Origin: Acidobacteriota bacterium | GTDB taxonomy: Bacteria; Acidobacteriota; UBA4820; DSQY01 | Assembly (NCBI GenBank): GCA_049967655.1 | Contig: JBMFSH010000008.1 | Coordinates: forward strand, 1 to 64,000 | Direction of reading: 5' to 3' | Length of the DNA: 64,000 bases | In this document: positions 1-8,513 of the stretch, piece after piece | How positions within the stretch are numbered: the stretch's first letter is position 1 | Layout of the letters: each line of letters starts with the position of its first letter | The notes under the pieces: generated by a model | What the model saw: the letters and a program-made list of their open reading frames with translations, nothing else | Told to the model about the DNA's origin: nothing | Database searches by the model: none | Made by a program: the position numbers and the translations under genes

Positions 1-342
1 CCGAGGGTGGGGTGAGGCTCCACGGGCTTGGCCCGTGGAGCGGGGCCCCGCAGGGCAATCTCCCGAACCGTCGGGCTTAGCTCGCGGTTCGGGGCGGCAA
101 GGCCATGGCCCTCCCCGCCCAGGAGACAACGCCTTTCCCCCGTGAACCGGAGCCGTAGCCGAAGGCACCCGCGTGTCCATCGCGGAATTTGGGAGGATGG
201 TCTTCACGTCCGACGGCCGAGGGAGGCCACCTGTCGGTGTGCCGTGTCTACCCCTTCCCTCAGTTCTCACGGCGTCCTCCACAACCATCGCCCGGACCGA
301 CTGGAGCGGGCGCTGAGCCGTTCGCCGGCCCGGCGCCAGCGC

Positions 343-882
343 CTATCCCTGGCGAGGCCTGGATTTCAGAACGCGGAGCGCCTCCCTGAGGGCTTCCGGA
401 TCCGCGCTCTTGATGAGCTCTTGCAGCTCGTCCCTCTCCGAGTTCGGCGGCGTGGAGCCGGCCTCGGGCAAATCGACGCGCAACGTGGCGGCGACGGCCT
501 TCACGAACTTGGCGGCCGTGACCGGCTTGTCCAGGTAGGTGGTGGGACCCGACATGGTGCTCTCGGCGAGAGAGGCCGCGGCGTCCAGATCCCTTCGCAC
601 CTTCTCCTCCCGCGCGTGCCCCGTCAGGAACAGGACGGGAATCTTGCTCCAAAGGGGATTCTTATGGAGCTCGTGAAAGAGGACAACGCCCGATTTGCCC
701 GGCATCACCATGTCCAGCGAGATGCAGTCGGGGGGGTTCGCCCTAATCTTCTCCAGGGCCTCATCCACGCTCAAGGCCGTCTCCACCTGGAAACCGGCGT
801 CCTGGAGCGCCGTGCTCAGGAAGAACACCACGTCTTCCTCGTCGTCCACCACCAGCACCCTCTTGCCCTGAGATCTCTCCAT
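343..882 (-). CDS. Response regulator (receiver domain plus short helical C-terminal extension)
   Basis: VLVVDDE...LDMVMPGKSG...LTG...YLDKP receiver motifs; GGAGAGG-type RBS upstream; last gene of the redox operon. Confidence 0.85.
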   Translation of the reverse strand: MERSQGKRVLVVDDEEDVVFFLSTALQDAGFQVETALSVDEALEKIRANPPDCISLDMVMPGKSGVVLFHELHKNPLWSKIPVLFLTGHAREEKVRRDLDAAASLAESTMSGPTTYLDKPVTAAKFVKAVAATLRVDLPEAGSTPPNSERDELQELIKSADPEALREALRVLKSRPRQG

Positions 883-906
883 GGAATCCCTCCTCCGTAC
901 AGCGGT

Positions 907-2409
907 TCAGCTTGGCCCCGGCGCACTTCCACCGTTGTCGTCGCCGGGGCTGGTGGGCTTCGGCAGCCTCTCCCGCGGCAACAGGATCCGAAACGAAGTG
1001 CCTTGCCCTTCTTTGGATTCTACCAGGATTCTGCCCCCGTGTTCCTGCACGATCTTGCGCGTCAGAAGGAGCCCCAGGCCCGTGCCCCCCGCGCCCTTGG
1101 TGGTGAAGAAGGTGGTGAAGATCTTCTTCTTAACCTCGTAGTCCATGCCGCAGCCGTCGTCGGAGACTTCGAAGACGAGGACGCCATCCTCCTCCGAGGT
1201 CTTGAGCCGCACCTGGCAACCCGGCTTCTCGCTCGTCTGGCAGGCGTCGATGGCGTTGGAGACAAGGTTGGACAGGCAGGTGTGGATGCCTTCCGCATCC
1301 AGCGGGGCTCGGGCGATGTCCGGCTGGAGGTCGCCGGCGAGCCGGATGCCCAACTTGCCCGCCGTTTCCCGGAAGAGATCCAGGACCTCGCGGGCTACGG
1401 CGTTTGGATCGACGAGGGCGACGGAGGGCACGCGCCCCTTCGAAAACCCCAATAGGTTCTTCACCAGGGCGGATATCTTCTCCACGTTCCTGCTCAGCAT
1501 CTCCATGCCGCGTTGCACTCTCGCCGTCTCGTTCTTGCTGAGGCCCGACTGCATGACGTAGATCCCGCCCTCGAGCCCCATGAGGACGTTCTTGATGCCG
1601 TGGGCGAGTCCCGCCACGGTCTGGCCCACGGCCGCCATCCGCTCCGCCTCCAGCTTCTCCTTCTCCAGGTTGTGCAGGTGGGTGATGTCGGTGGCCATCT
1701 CGATCACAAAGTTGACCCTGCCGTTGGGATCGCCCGCCTCGCGCGAGAGCGGAGAGGCGGTCACGACGTAGTGCATCTCCTCCCCCGACGCCGACATCCC
1801 CACCTGGGTGGAGGTGTGGTCCTGCCCGTCCTCGAACACCATGAGCGCCGGGCATTCTCTGCAGGGCCGGTCGCGCCGCTTATACACCTGGTAGCATCGG
1901 CTGCCCCAGGCATGACCGAAGGTCTCCCGCATCTTGCGGTTCGCCCTTACGATCTCGAGGTCGCGGTCCAGCACGGTGATGTAAGAGGGCGCCCTCTCGA
2001 ACAGCAGCTCGTTCTCGTGCTGAAGGCTGCTGGCCTCGTTCACGTTGGACCCGATCCAGACGAGGTACGGAGGCCTCGACCTGGGCTCCGAGCCGAGGGG
2101 AGCGACACGCACCACGAAGTGAGAGGTCAGGGGACCTCCCATGTGCAGGCGGTCGTCGCAGACCCTGACTTTGCCATCCTCAAAGGTCCAGGCCGCCATG
2201 CACCGCTCGCAGGGAGCGTCCCGCTGCTTCAGGAGCTCGTAGCAGCGCTTCCCGTTCCAAGGCCCGAAGACCTCTTTGAAACGGCCGTTGGCCTCCACGA
2301 TCTCGAAGTCGGCACTGAGGACGGCCACCATGATGGGGGCCTGTTCGAAGAGGTGGTCGTGAAGCAGGTCCTGGATCTCACCCACGGTGAACTCCTCAGC
2401 TCCGCTCAA
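907..2409 (-). CDS. Cytoplasmic PAS-PAS sensor histidine kinase
   Basis: H-box AGLAHGIKN, N-box NLVSNAIDA, G-boxes DDGCGM and GTGLGL; two PAS-like repeats; no TM segment; TTG start overlapping the upstream RR. Confidence 0.9.
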   Translation of the reverse strand: MSGAEEFTVGEIQDLLHDHLFEQAPIMVAVLSADFEIVEANGRFKEVFGPWNGKRCYELLKQRDAPCERCMAAWTFEDGKVRVCDDRLHMGGPLTSHFVVRVAPLGSEPRSRPPYLVWIGSNVNEASSLQHENELLFERAPSYITVLDRDLEIVRANRKMRETFGHAWGSRCYQVYKRRDRPCRECPALMVFEDGQDHTSTQVGMSASGEEMHYVVTASPLSREAGDPNGRVNFVIEMATDITHLHNLEKEKLEAERMAAVGQTVAGLAHGIKNVLMGLEGGIYVMQSGLSKNETARVQRGMEMLSRNVEKISALVKNLLGFSKGRVPSVALVDPNAVAREVLDLFRETAGKLGIRLAGDLQPDIARAPLDAEGIHTCLSNLVSNAIDACQTSEKPGCQVRLKTSEEDGVLVFEVSDDGCGMDYEVKKKIFTTFFTTKGAGGTGLGLLLTRKIVQEHGGRILVESKEGQGTSFRILLPRERLPKPTSPGDDNGGSAPGPS

Positions 2410-2818
2410 AGAGCGCGGTCATGCGAGCGAGCAGGTTGCGGACGGAAATGGGCTTCTCAAGGTATCCATCCGGCAGCGGGACGTGTTCGAGCGAGAGCTG
2501 CCGGAGGGCGGTCCTCTGAAAGTCCTCCTCCTTCGAGTATCCGCTGATGATCAGCACGGGCACCTTGGCGGTCGCCTCCCGCCGGCGCAGTTCCTTGTAA
2601 AGGGAGAGCCCGGAATGGCCGGGCATCATGATATCCAGCAGGATGAGATCGGGGGTCTCCCTCTCGGTGGCCTCGAGGGCGGCATCGGCGTCGCTGGCAC
2701 CGATGGCGCTGAAGCCGTTGTCCTCGAGCACCGCCGAGAGATACTCCACGATGTCCTCCTCGTCGTCCACCACGAGAACCCGCAGCGGCCCCCTACTGGC
2801 GGCGTCCGCGGGGATCAT
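2396..2818 (-). CDS. Single-domain response regulator
   Basis: VLVVDDE, LLDIMMPG, ISGY, YLEKP; ATGA overlap with the upstream gene. Confidence 0.88.
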   Translation of the reverse strand: MIPADAASRGPLRVLVVDDEEDIVEYLSAVLEDNGFSAIGASDADAALEATERETPDLILLDIMMPGHSGLSLYKELRRREATAKVPVLIISGYSKEEDFQRTALRQLSLEHVPLPDGYLEKPISVRNLLARMTALFERS

Positions 2819-4860
2819 GGCCGGGCGGCCTCCTCCGCTCCTTTAGGCAGGGCAGCCATGTACTCCTGTTCCGATTCCGTCCCTGAATTGTGGCAGGTCC
2901 CGCAACGGCCTAGATTGGGATTCTCCGTCATCGGATTGGCGGCCTCCCGCACGTGACATGGGATGCACATTTTGTGCATGGCCTCCTTATAACTCACGGC
3001 CACAGGCGAATCGAACTTGGTCACCACGGGGGCCACCGCGACGGTGTGGCGCAGATGGCAATCGGAACAGGTGACCACCACCCTTGCGCTGGGGGTGCCG
3101 GGACCGTGGCACCTGACACAGGCGCTTTCTCCGCCGAGGTTTTCAACGTGGTAGTTGTGGTCGAATAGGCTGTGGTTCTTCTTGTAGGCCGCGTTGGTTA
3201 TGGCTGAAGGGGGCCAGTGGAACACCTTCAACGTCCTGTAGGGCGCCATCATGTCTTTCTGGTGGCAGTCCGAGCAGCGCTTGATCACCGTCAAGGAGAG
3301 CGGGCTTCCTTGGCCGTGGCACTTGACGCACGAGGCATCCCCCCCATTTCTAGCCACGTGAAGGTTGTGGTTAAAGACATCGCTGGGGGTGTAAAGCTGC
3401 CGGTGACAGTCGCTGCAGGGCGTCCCCACGTCCCCCGGCTTGTGGAGGTGGTGGCACAGACCGCAGGACTTCTGCCCTCCCATTTCCTCCTGGTGCTTCA
3501 CGTGATCGAAATAGACATAGCGTGGACCGGGTCCTAACCTCAGTACCTGCTCGCCCCGCCCGCGTTGAACCGGGTCCTGTATGGCGGGCTGACTCTTGGG
3601 GGCGAGCGTGAGCCCCACGGCCATGGCCAGCACGAAGAGCATGGAGTAGACCCGCAGGGACTTGCGCCAGCCCTCTCCCAGCCAGACCTGCGTGAAGGGG
3701 GCAAAGCGCGGTGTGGACTTCTCGGCCAAAGCCCGCTCCCGCTCGATGGCTTCGAGTCCCTGCGGGTCCACCGGGAAGTGTTCCTCGATGAAGAGGAAAA
3801 CGAGGGCGAGCGCGGCCACGTAGCCTACGTTGATGGCGATCTCGCCCCACGCCGGGATGTACAACCAACGCGTCGCCCAGACCTGGACAAGACCGCTGGT
3901 GTCGATCCGGTTCAGGGTAAAACCGATGATCCCGGTGGCCAAGCCGAGCAGCAACCCGGACGGTGAGCGCCGAAACGCAGGCACGGCGAACACGATTATG
4001 GGGATAACCGTTGAAAGTAGCATCTCAACGATGAAGAGGTTGCTCTCCCAACTGCCGCTGAAGATTAGGCCGAGCTTGTTCTCGAAAGCCAGGTCGGTCA
4101 TCCTGAAGATGCCGTAAAACGCGAGGATCCAAACCACGATGCCGGCGAGCGCCGAGATCATGTCGAGGTTCGGATTCTTCTTGTATAACCAAGGAACCAC
4201 AAACGACACAAACATCACGCTCATGATCCCAAGGCAGATGGCTGAGACGAAGAACAACTCGGGGATCAAGTGGCTGTACCAGAGGGGGTAAATCCTAAAC
4301 GGCATGATGAGTAGCATCGAACCGACCGAGGACTGGTGCAACGTCGAGAGCATGATTCCGAGGATGATGATCGGGAGGCTAAGCTTCTTGAGGAACCCGT
4401 ACGTCCTGCGGAAGCGTGTGCGCTCTAGAATGACGGGCAGGAGTTCGAGAGTCAGCACCGTCAGGTACAACATGATGCACCATGAGACCTCGAAGAGCGG
4501 TGAGTGAATGTTCCAGAAGACTACCGGGTGCCAGACGTTCCACGGCAGCCCGAGATCGAAAATGACGGCGGCCACTACACCAGCGTAGCCGAGAAACGCC
4601 ATCAGGATCGCTGGTCGCGCCGCGGCTTTCAGGCGCTCCCCGTGGAAGATGTGCACCATGGCGGCGAGGACAAAACCGCCGGCTGACACGGCCATCAGGG
4701 TGTAGTCGCCGAAACCGATCCATAAGCCCCACGGGGTCGTATCGGAGAGCGCCGTCGAAGCTCCGAGGCCAAGTGCGAAGCGTAGCAGAGCGATGGCTAC
4801 GGCCAAACCCGCGAGAATCCACAGAAAGCCCTTAAAAATGAATAGGCGCCTATTTTCCAT
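2815..4860 (-). CDS. NrfD/PsrC/HybB(HmcC)-family integral membrane protein fused to a C-terminal octaheme class III-like cytochrome c
   Basis: N-terminal part has PWGLWI, DLGLPW, SPLFEVSWC, LSTLHQSSVG (HybB/HmcC-like); C-terminal part has 8 CxxCH motifs and repeated FxHxxH; start taken at MENRR (4860) with GGAGG RBS. Confidence 0.88.
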   Translation of the reverse strand: MENRRLFIFKGFLWILAGLAVAIALLRFALGLGASTALSDTTPWGLWIGFGDYTLMAVSAGGFVLAAMVHIFHGERLKAAARPAILMAFLGYAGVVAAVIFDLGLPWNVWHPVVFWNIHSPLFEVSWCIMLYLTVLTLELLPVILERTRFRRTYGFLKKLSLPIIILGIMLSTLHQSSVGSMLLIMPFRIYPLWYSHLIPELFFVSAICLGIMSVMFVSFVVPWLYKKNPNLDMISALAGIVVWILAFYGIFRMTDLAFENKLGLIFSGSWESNLFIVEMLLSTVIPIIVFAVPAFRRSPSGLLLGLATGIIGFTLNRIDTSGLVQVWATRWLYIPAWGEIAINVGYVAALALVFLFIEEHFPVDPQGLEAIERERALAEKSTPRFAPFTQVWLGEGWRKSLRVYSMLFVLAMAVGLTLAPKSQPAIQDPVQRGRGEQVLRLGPGPRYVYFDHVKHQEEMGGQKSCGLCHHLHKPGDVGTPCSDCHRQLYTPSDVFNHNLHVARNGGDASCVKCHGQGSPLSLTVIKRCSDCHQKDMMAPYRTLKVFHWPPSAITNAAYKKNHSLFDHNYHVENLGGESACVRCHGPGTPSARVVVTCSDCHLRHTVAVAPVVTKFDSPVAVSYKEAMHKMCIPCHVREAANPMTENPNLGRCGTCHNSGTESEQEYMAALPKGAEEAARP

Positions 4861-5656
4861 TGGGCACCTCCCCCTTTTTTGCTTTCGCAACCTCCTCCGC
4901 CATCATTTTTTTGCGCCGCTCTATGATCCAGTAGATCGAGCCCATCACCGCCCCCATCCCTATGAACTCGAAGGGTACCGGCTTCAGCGCAGCCCAGGTT
5001 AGCGTCGGCAGGGGTTTATCCGTCAGCTCCTTGCTGTCGTTCCAGCCCAGGAAATCCAGGGAGATATCGGCGATGTAGAGGACCGACGTGCCGCCCACGA
5101 TCTTCTCGCCCCAGATGCGCTGGATGTACTTCTTGGGCTCGGCGGCCAAGCGCTTGTGCGCCTCCGCCAGCATCGCCTCGCGGGTTCCGAAGATGGTGGC
5201 TTTCGTGGGGCAGGCCGTGACGCAAGCCGGTTCCTGAATCGCTCCCGACTTGAGGCTGGGGTAGCACATGATGCACTTGCGCACCGAGGGAGCCGCCGAG
5301 GTCCACTCGTAGTGGGGGATACCGAAGGGGCATCCCAGCATGCAGTAGCGGCAGCCCATGCAGATGCTCTTGTCGTAGATGACCGGCCCCTCGGGCGTCT
5401 TCTGCAAGGCGCCGACGGGACAAACGGAGACGCAGGCCGGCTCTTCGCAATGGCGGCACTGCTTCCGCACGAAGTGGTTGTGAGGTTTCCGGATGACCGT
5501 CGTCCAGCGGTCGGCCGAGAGGCCGTCGGGGGTGGAGCCCGGACGGGGAGGCGGTCCCTCCGCCGGCAGGTGGTTGATCTTCTTGCACGCGGCCACGCAC
5601 TGTTCGCAGCCGATGCACTTCGTGACGTCCGTCAGGATGGTGGGATTCTGGATCAT
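4850..5656 (-). CDS. 4Fe-4S dicluster electron-transfer subunit (HybA/HmcB/FdnH-like) with C-terminal TM anchor
   Basis: CIGCEQCVAAC, CRHCEEPACVSVCP, CMGCRYCMLGCP, KCIMC...PACVTACP; C-terminal hydrophobic helix followed by RRKK. Confidence 0.9.
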   Translation of the reverse strand: MIQNPTILTDVTKCIGCEQCVAACKKINHLPAEGPPPRPGSTPDGLSADRWTTVIRKPHNHFVRKQCRHCEEPACVSVCPVGALQKTPEGPVIYDKSICMGCRYCMLGCPFGIPHYEWTSAAPSVRKCIMCYPSLKSGAIQEPACVTACPTKATIFGTREAMLAEAHKRLAAEPKKYIQRIWGEKIVGGTSVLYIADISLDFLGWNDSKELTDKPLPTLTWAALKPVPFEFIGMGAVMGSIYWIIERRKKMMAEEVAKAKKGEVPNGK

Positions 5657-6357
5657 ACGGGCTCACCTGCCTTTCCGAGGGCCTCGCGGACACGCTCGCC
5701 GGAGCCCGGGACGAAGTGCCACCCCAGCTCCCAGGAGATTCTCGTGAAGGGAAAGAGGGCCGCGTGGGCCAGCTTGGTGAAGGGGAGCAGGAGGAGAATC
5801 AGTTCGGCGCTGAGCAGGTGGACGAGGTAGACGAGCGTGAAGGGAAGCGGATTGGCGGCGGGGTGGGCCACGAAGTAGCCCGAGAGAAAGGCGGTAAAGC
5901 AAAGGACAAGCAGAAACCAGTCCTGGAAGGTTCCGAGCGTCCGGGAGGCGCGGTCGGCCAGGCGGAGGAAGGCCAGAGCGGCCAGTCCCAGCAGGGCGGC
6001 TAGCGTCAAACCGTCGGCGACGCCCGGAGGGAGCGTGGGCCAGGAGAGGCCGAGGCCTTTCCGGACCAGCTCCACGTGCCCTGCCAGGAAGAGCGGCACG
6101 AGCAGCATGCCCGCGTGGAAAAGGAGCGAGGCGAAGGTGTAGAAGGTTCGGGTCCCGCGCATCGCGTTCACAGGGAAGATCCACCCGAGGCTGCGCTTGA
6201 AGAGAAAGCTGACGGGCACCCGCTGGTCTCCGGCCTTCTCATAGGCCCTCCAGATCTCCACGACGGTGATGACGAGCTGTCGGAGGAGTCCTAGAAAGAG
6301 GACCATGAAGGCGAAGACGAGCAGCGGCCCCCTGACGAAGTGAGTCACATTTTCCAT
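5653..6357 (-). CDS. NarI/DsrM/HmcE-like diheme cytochrome b membrane subunit
   Basis: About 5-6 TM helices; four His in NarI-like positions (LFHAG, AGHVE, LVHLL, PFTKLAH). Confidence 0.82.
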   Translation of the reverse strand: MENVTHFVRGPLLVFAFMVLFLGLLRQLVITVVEIWRAYEKAGDQRVPVSFLFKRSLGWIFPVNAMRGTRTFYTFASLLFHAGMLLVPLFLAGHVELVRKGLGLSWPTLPPGVADGLTLAALLGLAALAFLRLADRASRTLGTFQDWFLLVLCFTAFLSGYFVAHPAANPLPFTLVYLVHLLSAELILLLLPFTKLAHAALFPFTRISWELGWHFVPGSGERVREALGKAGEPV

Positions 6358-6378
6358 GAGCCGGTCCCCCCAGAAGAA

Positions 6379-7830
6379 TTACAGCACGATGGCCTTGTAG
6401 ATGAGGTCGTGGAGGCCCACCACCTCGACCCCGTCCAGTCCGTTGTCCTCGCAGACCTCCCTGAGCTGCTTCTTGCAGTTGGCGCAGGGGGCCACCACGT
6501 AGTGCGCTTGCGTGGCGCGGATCTGCTCCGCCTTCATGAACCCGGTGGTCTTGGTGCGGTAGGAGCGGATCTCGTCCACGGAAACCGTACCGCCGCCCCC
6601 GCCGCAGCAATAGTTCTTGGCCCCCTTGGGCTCCATGTCCACGTAGTTCTTGCAGAAGGAGCGGAGGATCTCCCTCGGCTGGTCGATGATCCACCCGGTG
6701 CGGGCGATGTTGCAGGGGTCGTGATAGGTCACCCGCTCCGTGATGACGTCGGGGTTGAGTTTGAGTTTTCCCCGCCGGAGCATGTCCAGGGTGACCTCCA
6801 TGATGTTCACGACGGGCAGGGCGTTCTTGCCGCCCCCGAAGGAGGGCACGAAGAGCTTGGCGCTCCGGGAGGCGTGGCCGCACTCTCCGATGAGGATCTT
6901 CTGCCCCTTCAGCCGCTTGGTTTCCGCGATCTCCTTTTGGATGATGCGCTCGGCGCACCAGTCGTTGTAGAAGAGGCCGTAGTTGATGCCGTCGTAGTAG
7001 CCCGTACCGATGGTCCAGCGGTCGGTCTCGCCGGCGGCGTGGAAGGTGACGGCGATTCCCTTGAGCGTCTCCGCCTCCAGGAGGTAGTCGCTCACGGCGG
7101 GGAAGAACACGAACTCGCGTCCCTCCTGATCCACCGGGAAGCTCACCTCCACGCCCTTTTCGTCCTTGATGTCGTCTTGAAGAAACTCCAGGGTGTCCAG
7201 AAGGGCCGGCACGGGAATGGCCGAGGTGTTGCCGGTCTTCCCCTCGAGCTGCTCGCGCGTCGCCACCACCAGAGCCTTGGGGGCGATGTCCATCTCGCTC
7301 AGGATGTAGCGGGCCAGGTGGGTGACCAGGCCGTGGTCGATGCCCATGGGGCACTCGAAGGAGCAGCGGCGGCAGGCGGTGCAGTGGTAGACCGACTCGG
7401 CCAGCTCCGTGATCTTCTCGTCGGTGAGGTAGACGTTCCCCGTGATCTTGCTCTGGAGCACACCGCGGAAGGTGAAGTGCCGCCGGTAGATCTCCAGCAG
7501 CAGATTGGAGCGGTAGCAGGGCACGTCCTTGGGGTCGCGGGTCTTGACGTAGATCTGGCAGGCCACCGCGCAGTTGGCGCACTTGGCTCCCACCCGCGAA
7601 TAGGTGTCCAGGAGCTGCCCGTAGTTGCTGTGCTGGAGGACGGCGGCCATGATCTCCAGGAAGCGCTTGACCTTATCGCCCGGGTAGAGGCGTTCCACGT
7701 AGTAGCTCGTTCCCAGGATTTGGTGGGGCAAGAGCGGCGGCGGCGCCTTGGCCTTGCTGGCGGCCTCGGTCGCCGGGGCCGCCGTCTTTGCCGCCTGTTG
7801 TCCAATCGCTGCGGGCTGATCCTGTGCCAT
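6379..7830 (-). CDS. DsrK/HmcF/HdrD-like Fe-S protein with CCG domain (heterodisulfide-reductase-like)
   Basis: CTACRRCSFECPMGID, GECGHA, YHDPCNIAR, YCCGGGGG, PCANCKKQL; start MAQDQ at 7830 with GGGAGG RBS. Confidence 0.88.
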   Translation of the reverse strand: MAQDQPAAIGQQAAKTAAPATEAASKAKAPPPLLPHQILGTSYYVERLYPGDKVKRFLEIMAAVLQHSNYGQLLDTYSRVGAKCANCAVACQIYVKTRDPKDVPCYRSNLLLEIYRRHFTFRGVLQSKITGNVYLTDEKITELAESVYHCTACRRCSFECPMGIDHGLVTHLARYILSEMDIAPKALVVATREQLEGKTGNTSAIPVPALLDTLEFLQDDIKDEKGVEVSFPVDQEGREFVFFPAVSDYLLEAETLKGIAVTFHAAGETDRWTIGTGYYDGINYGLFYNDWCAERIIQKEIAETKRLKGQKILIGECGHASRSAKLFVPSFGGGKNALPVVNIMEVTLDMLRRGKLKLNPDVITERVTYHDPCNIARTGWIIDQPREILRSFCKNYVDMEPKGAKNYCCGGGGGTVSVDEIRSYRTKTTGFMKAEQIRATQAHYVVAPCANCKKQLREVCEDNGLDGVEVVGLHDLIYKAIVL

Positions 7831-7865
7831 GGAACCTCCCCTCGGGTATGAAGCGGTGCCTGATC

Positions 7866-8303
7866 TCACGTTTCGTCGCACTCTTCGCCCGACGAACTTT
7901 CCTGGGCGAAGCGCTGGTAGTAGTCGCACTCCTCGCAGTCGCGGAAGCGGCGCGCGGTCAGGGGCAGCAAGCCGTGGAGCTGCCAGCAGTTCAGGGCGCC
8001 GGAGCGATGGATGAGGCAGGTGTCGCACGCCTCGCCCTGCAGGCTTCCCCGACAGTGAAACTCCCAGCAGTAGGGCCGTACGTCCTTCTCTTCGTCCAGC
8101 AGGGCCGTCTCCATGCCCCGCTCCAGCATGAAGGTGCGCAGATCCTCGAGGCGGATCCTATACTGGCCGCCGACGGTACGCTGGGCCTTGAGCTGATTTG
8201 CCCGAATCCAGTTCAAGATGGTCTCCGGGGTCACGAAGCAGAAGCGGGCCACCTGGCCGGTGGAGAAGGCCTTGTAGCGCTCCGACCTCGTTTTCAACGC
8301 CAT
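7866..8303 (-). CDS. Excisionase/MerR-like HTH DNA-binding protein with Cys-rich (CW...CW) C-terminal domain
   Basis: FSTGQVARFCFVTPETILNWIRANQLKAQRTVGGQYRI fits HTH_17-like; C-terminus CWEFHC..CDTC..CW..CEEC; AAGGAG RBS. Confidence 0.8.
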   Translation of the reverse strand: MALKTRSERYKAFSTGQVARFCFVTPETILNWIRANQLKAQRTVGGQYRIRLEDLRTFMLERGMETALLDEEKDVRPYCWEFHCRGSLQGEACDTCLIHRSGALNCWQLHGLLPLTARRFRDCEECDYYQRFAQESSSGEECDET

Positions 8304-8366
8304 GGATGCTCTCCTTCTTGGGCCGATTCGGTGGTTTTGGTGCTTCCCCGAACCCGCCTGCAGCAG

Positions 8367-8382
8367 TGCATTCCGGATGCCA
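8367..8382 (-). promoter_or_regulatory. Putative sigma54 -24/-12 promoter of the redox operon
   Basis: Minus strand TGGCATCCGGAATGCA has GG and GC at exact sigma54 consensus spacing (TGGCACG-N4-TTGCW); a sigma54 activator is encoded divergently. Confidence 0.7.
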
Positions 8383-8513
8383 TTAGCCGGACCATCCGTC
8401 CCGTTCCTCTGCCGGGGCCCAATGGGGCTCTAACGCTTTAGGCGCCGAGCCGCCGAATCGCATGGCGGGCGGGGAGGGAAGATGCGGCGGAAGGAGCGCC
8501 ATTCGACGCACTC

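Noticed and set aside
1..342. Short ORFs at the left edge
   Set aside because: No protein-like ORF with convincing support; left unannotated
28..1455. 475-aa plus-strand ORF and other long antisense ORFs (6340-7851, 17099-19492, 32276-34645, 42730-44673, 49766-51670, 52151-54121)
   Set aside because: They are shadow frames of well-supported genes on the opposite strand, expected in high-GC DNA, with no recognisable motifs
2880..5100. Apparently lower GC in the NrfD-cytochrome gene as a sign of separate acquisition
   Set aside because: One sampled 60-nt line was 48% GC versus 53% in the neighbouring membrane gene; hydrophobic amino-acid bias may explain it, and a GC3 calculation is needed
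7585..7593. Selenocysteine at the missing Cys of the DsrK/HmcF-like protein
   Set aside because: The codon is GGA (Gly), not TGA
7866..8303. Excisionase as evidence of a prophage or integrative element
   Set aside because: No integrase, att repeats or phage genes; the gene is embedded in a metabolic operon
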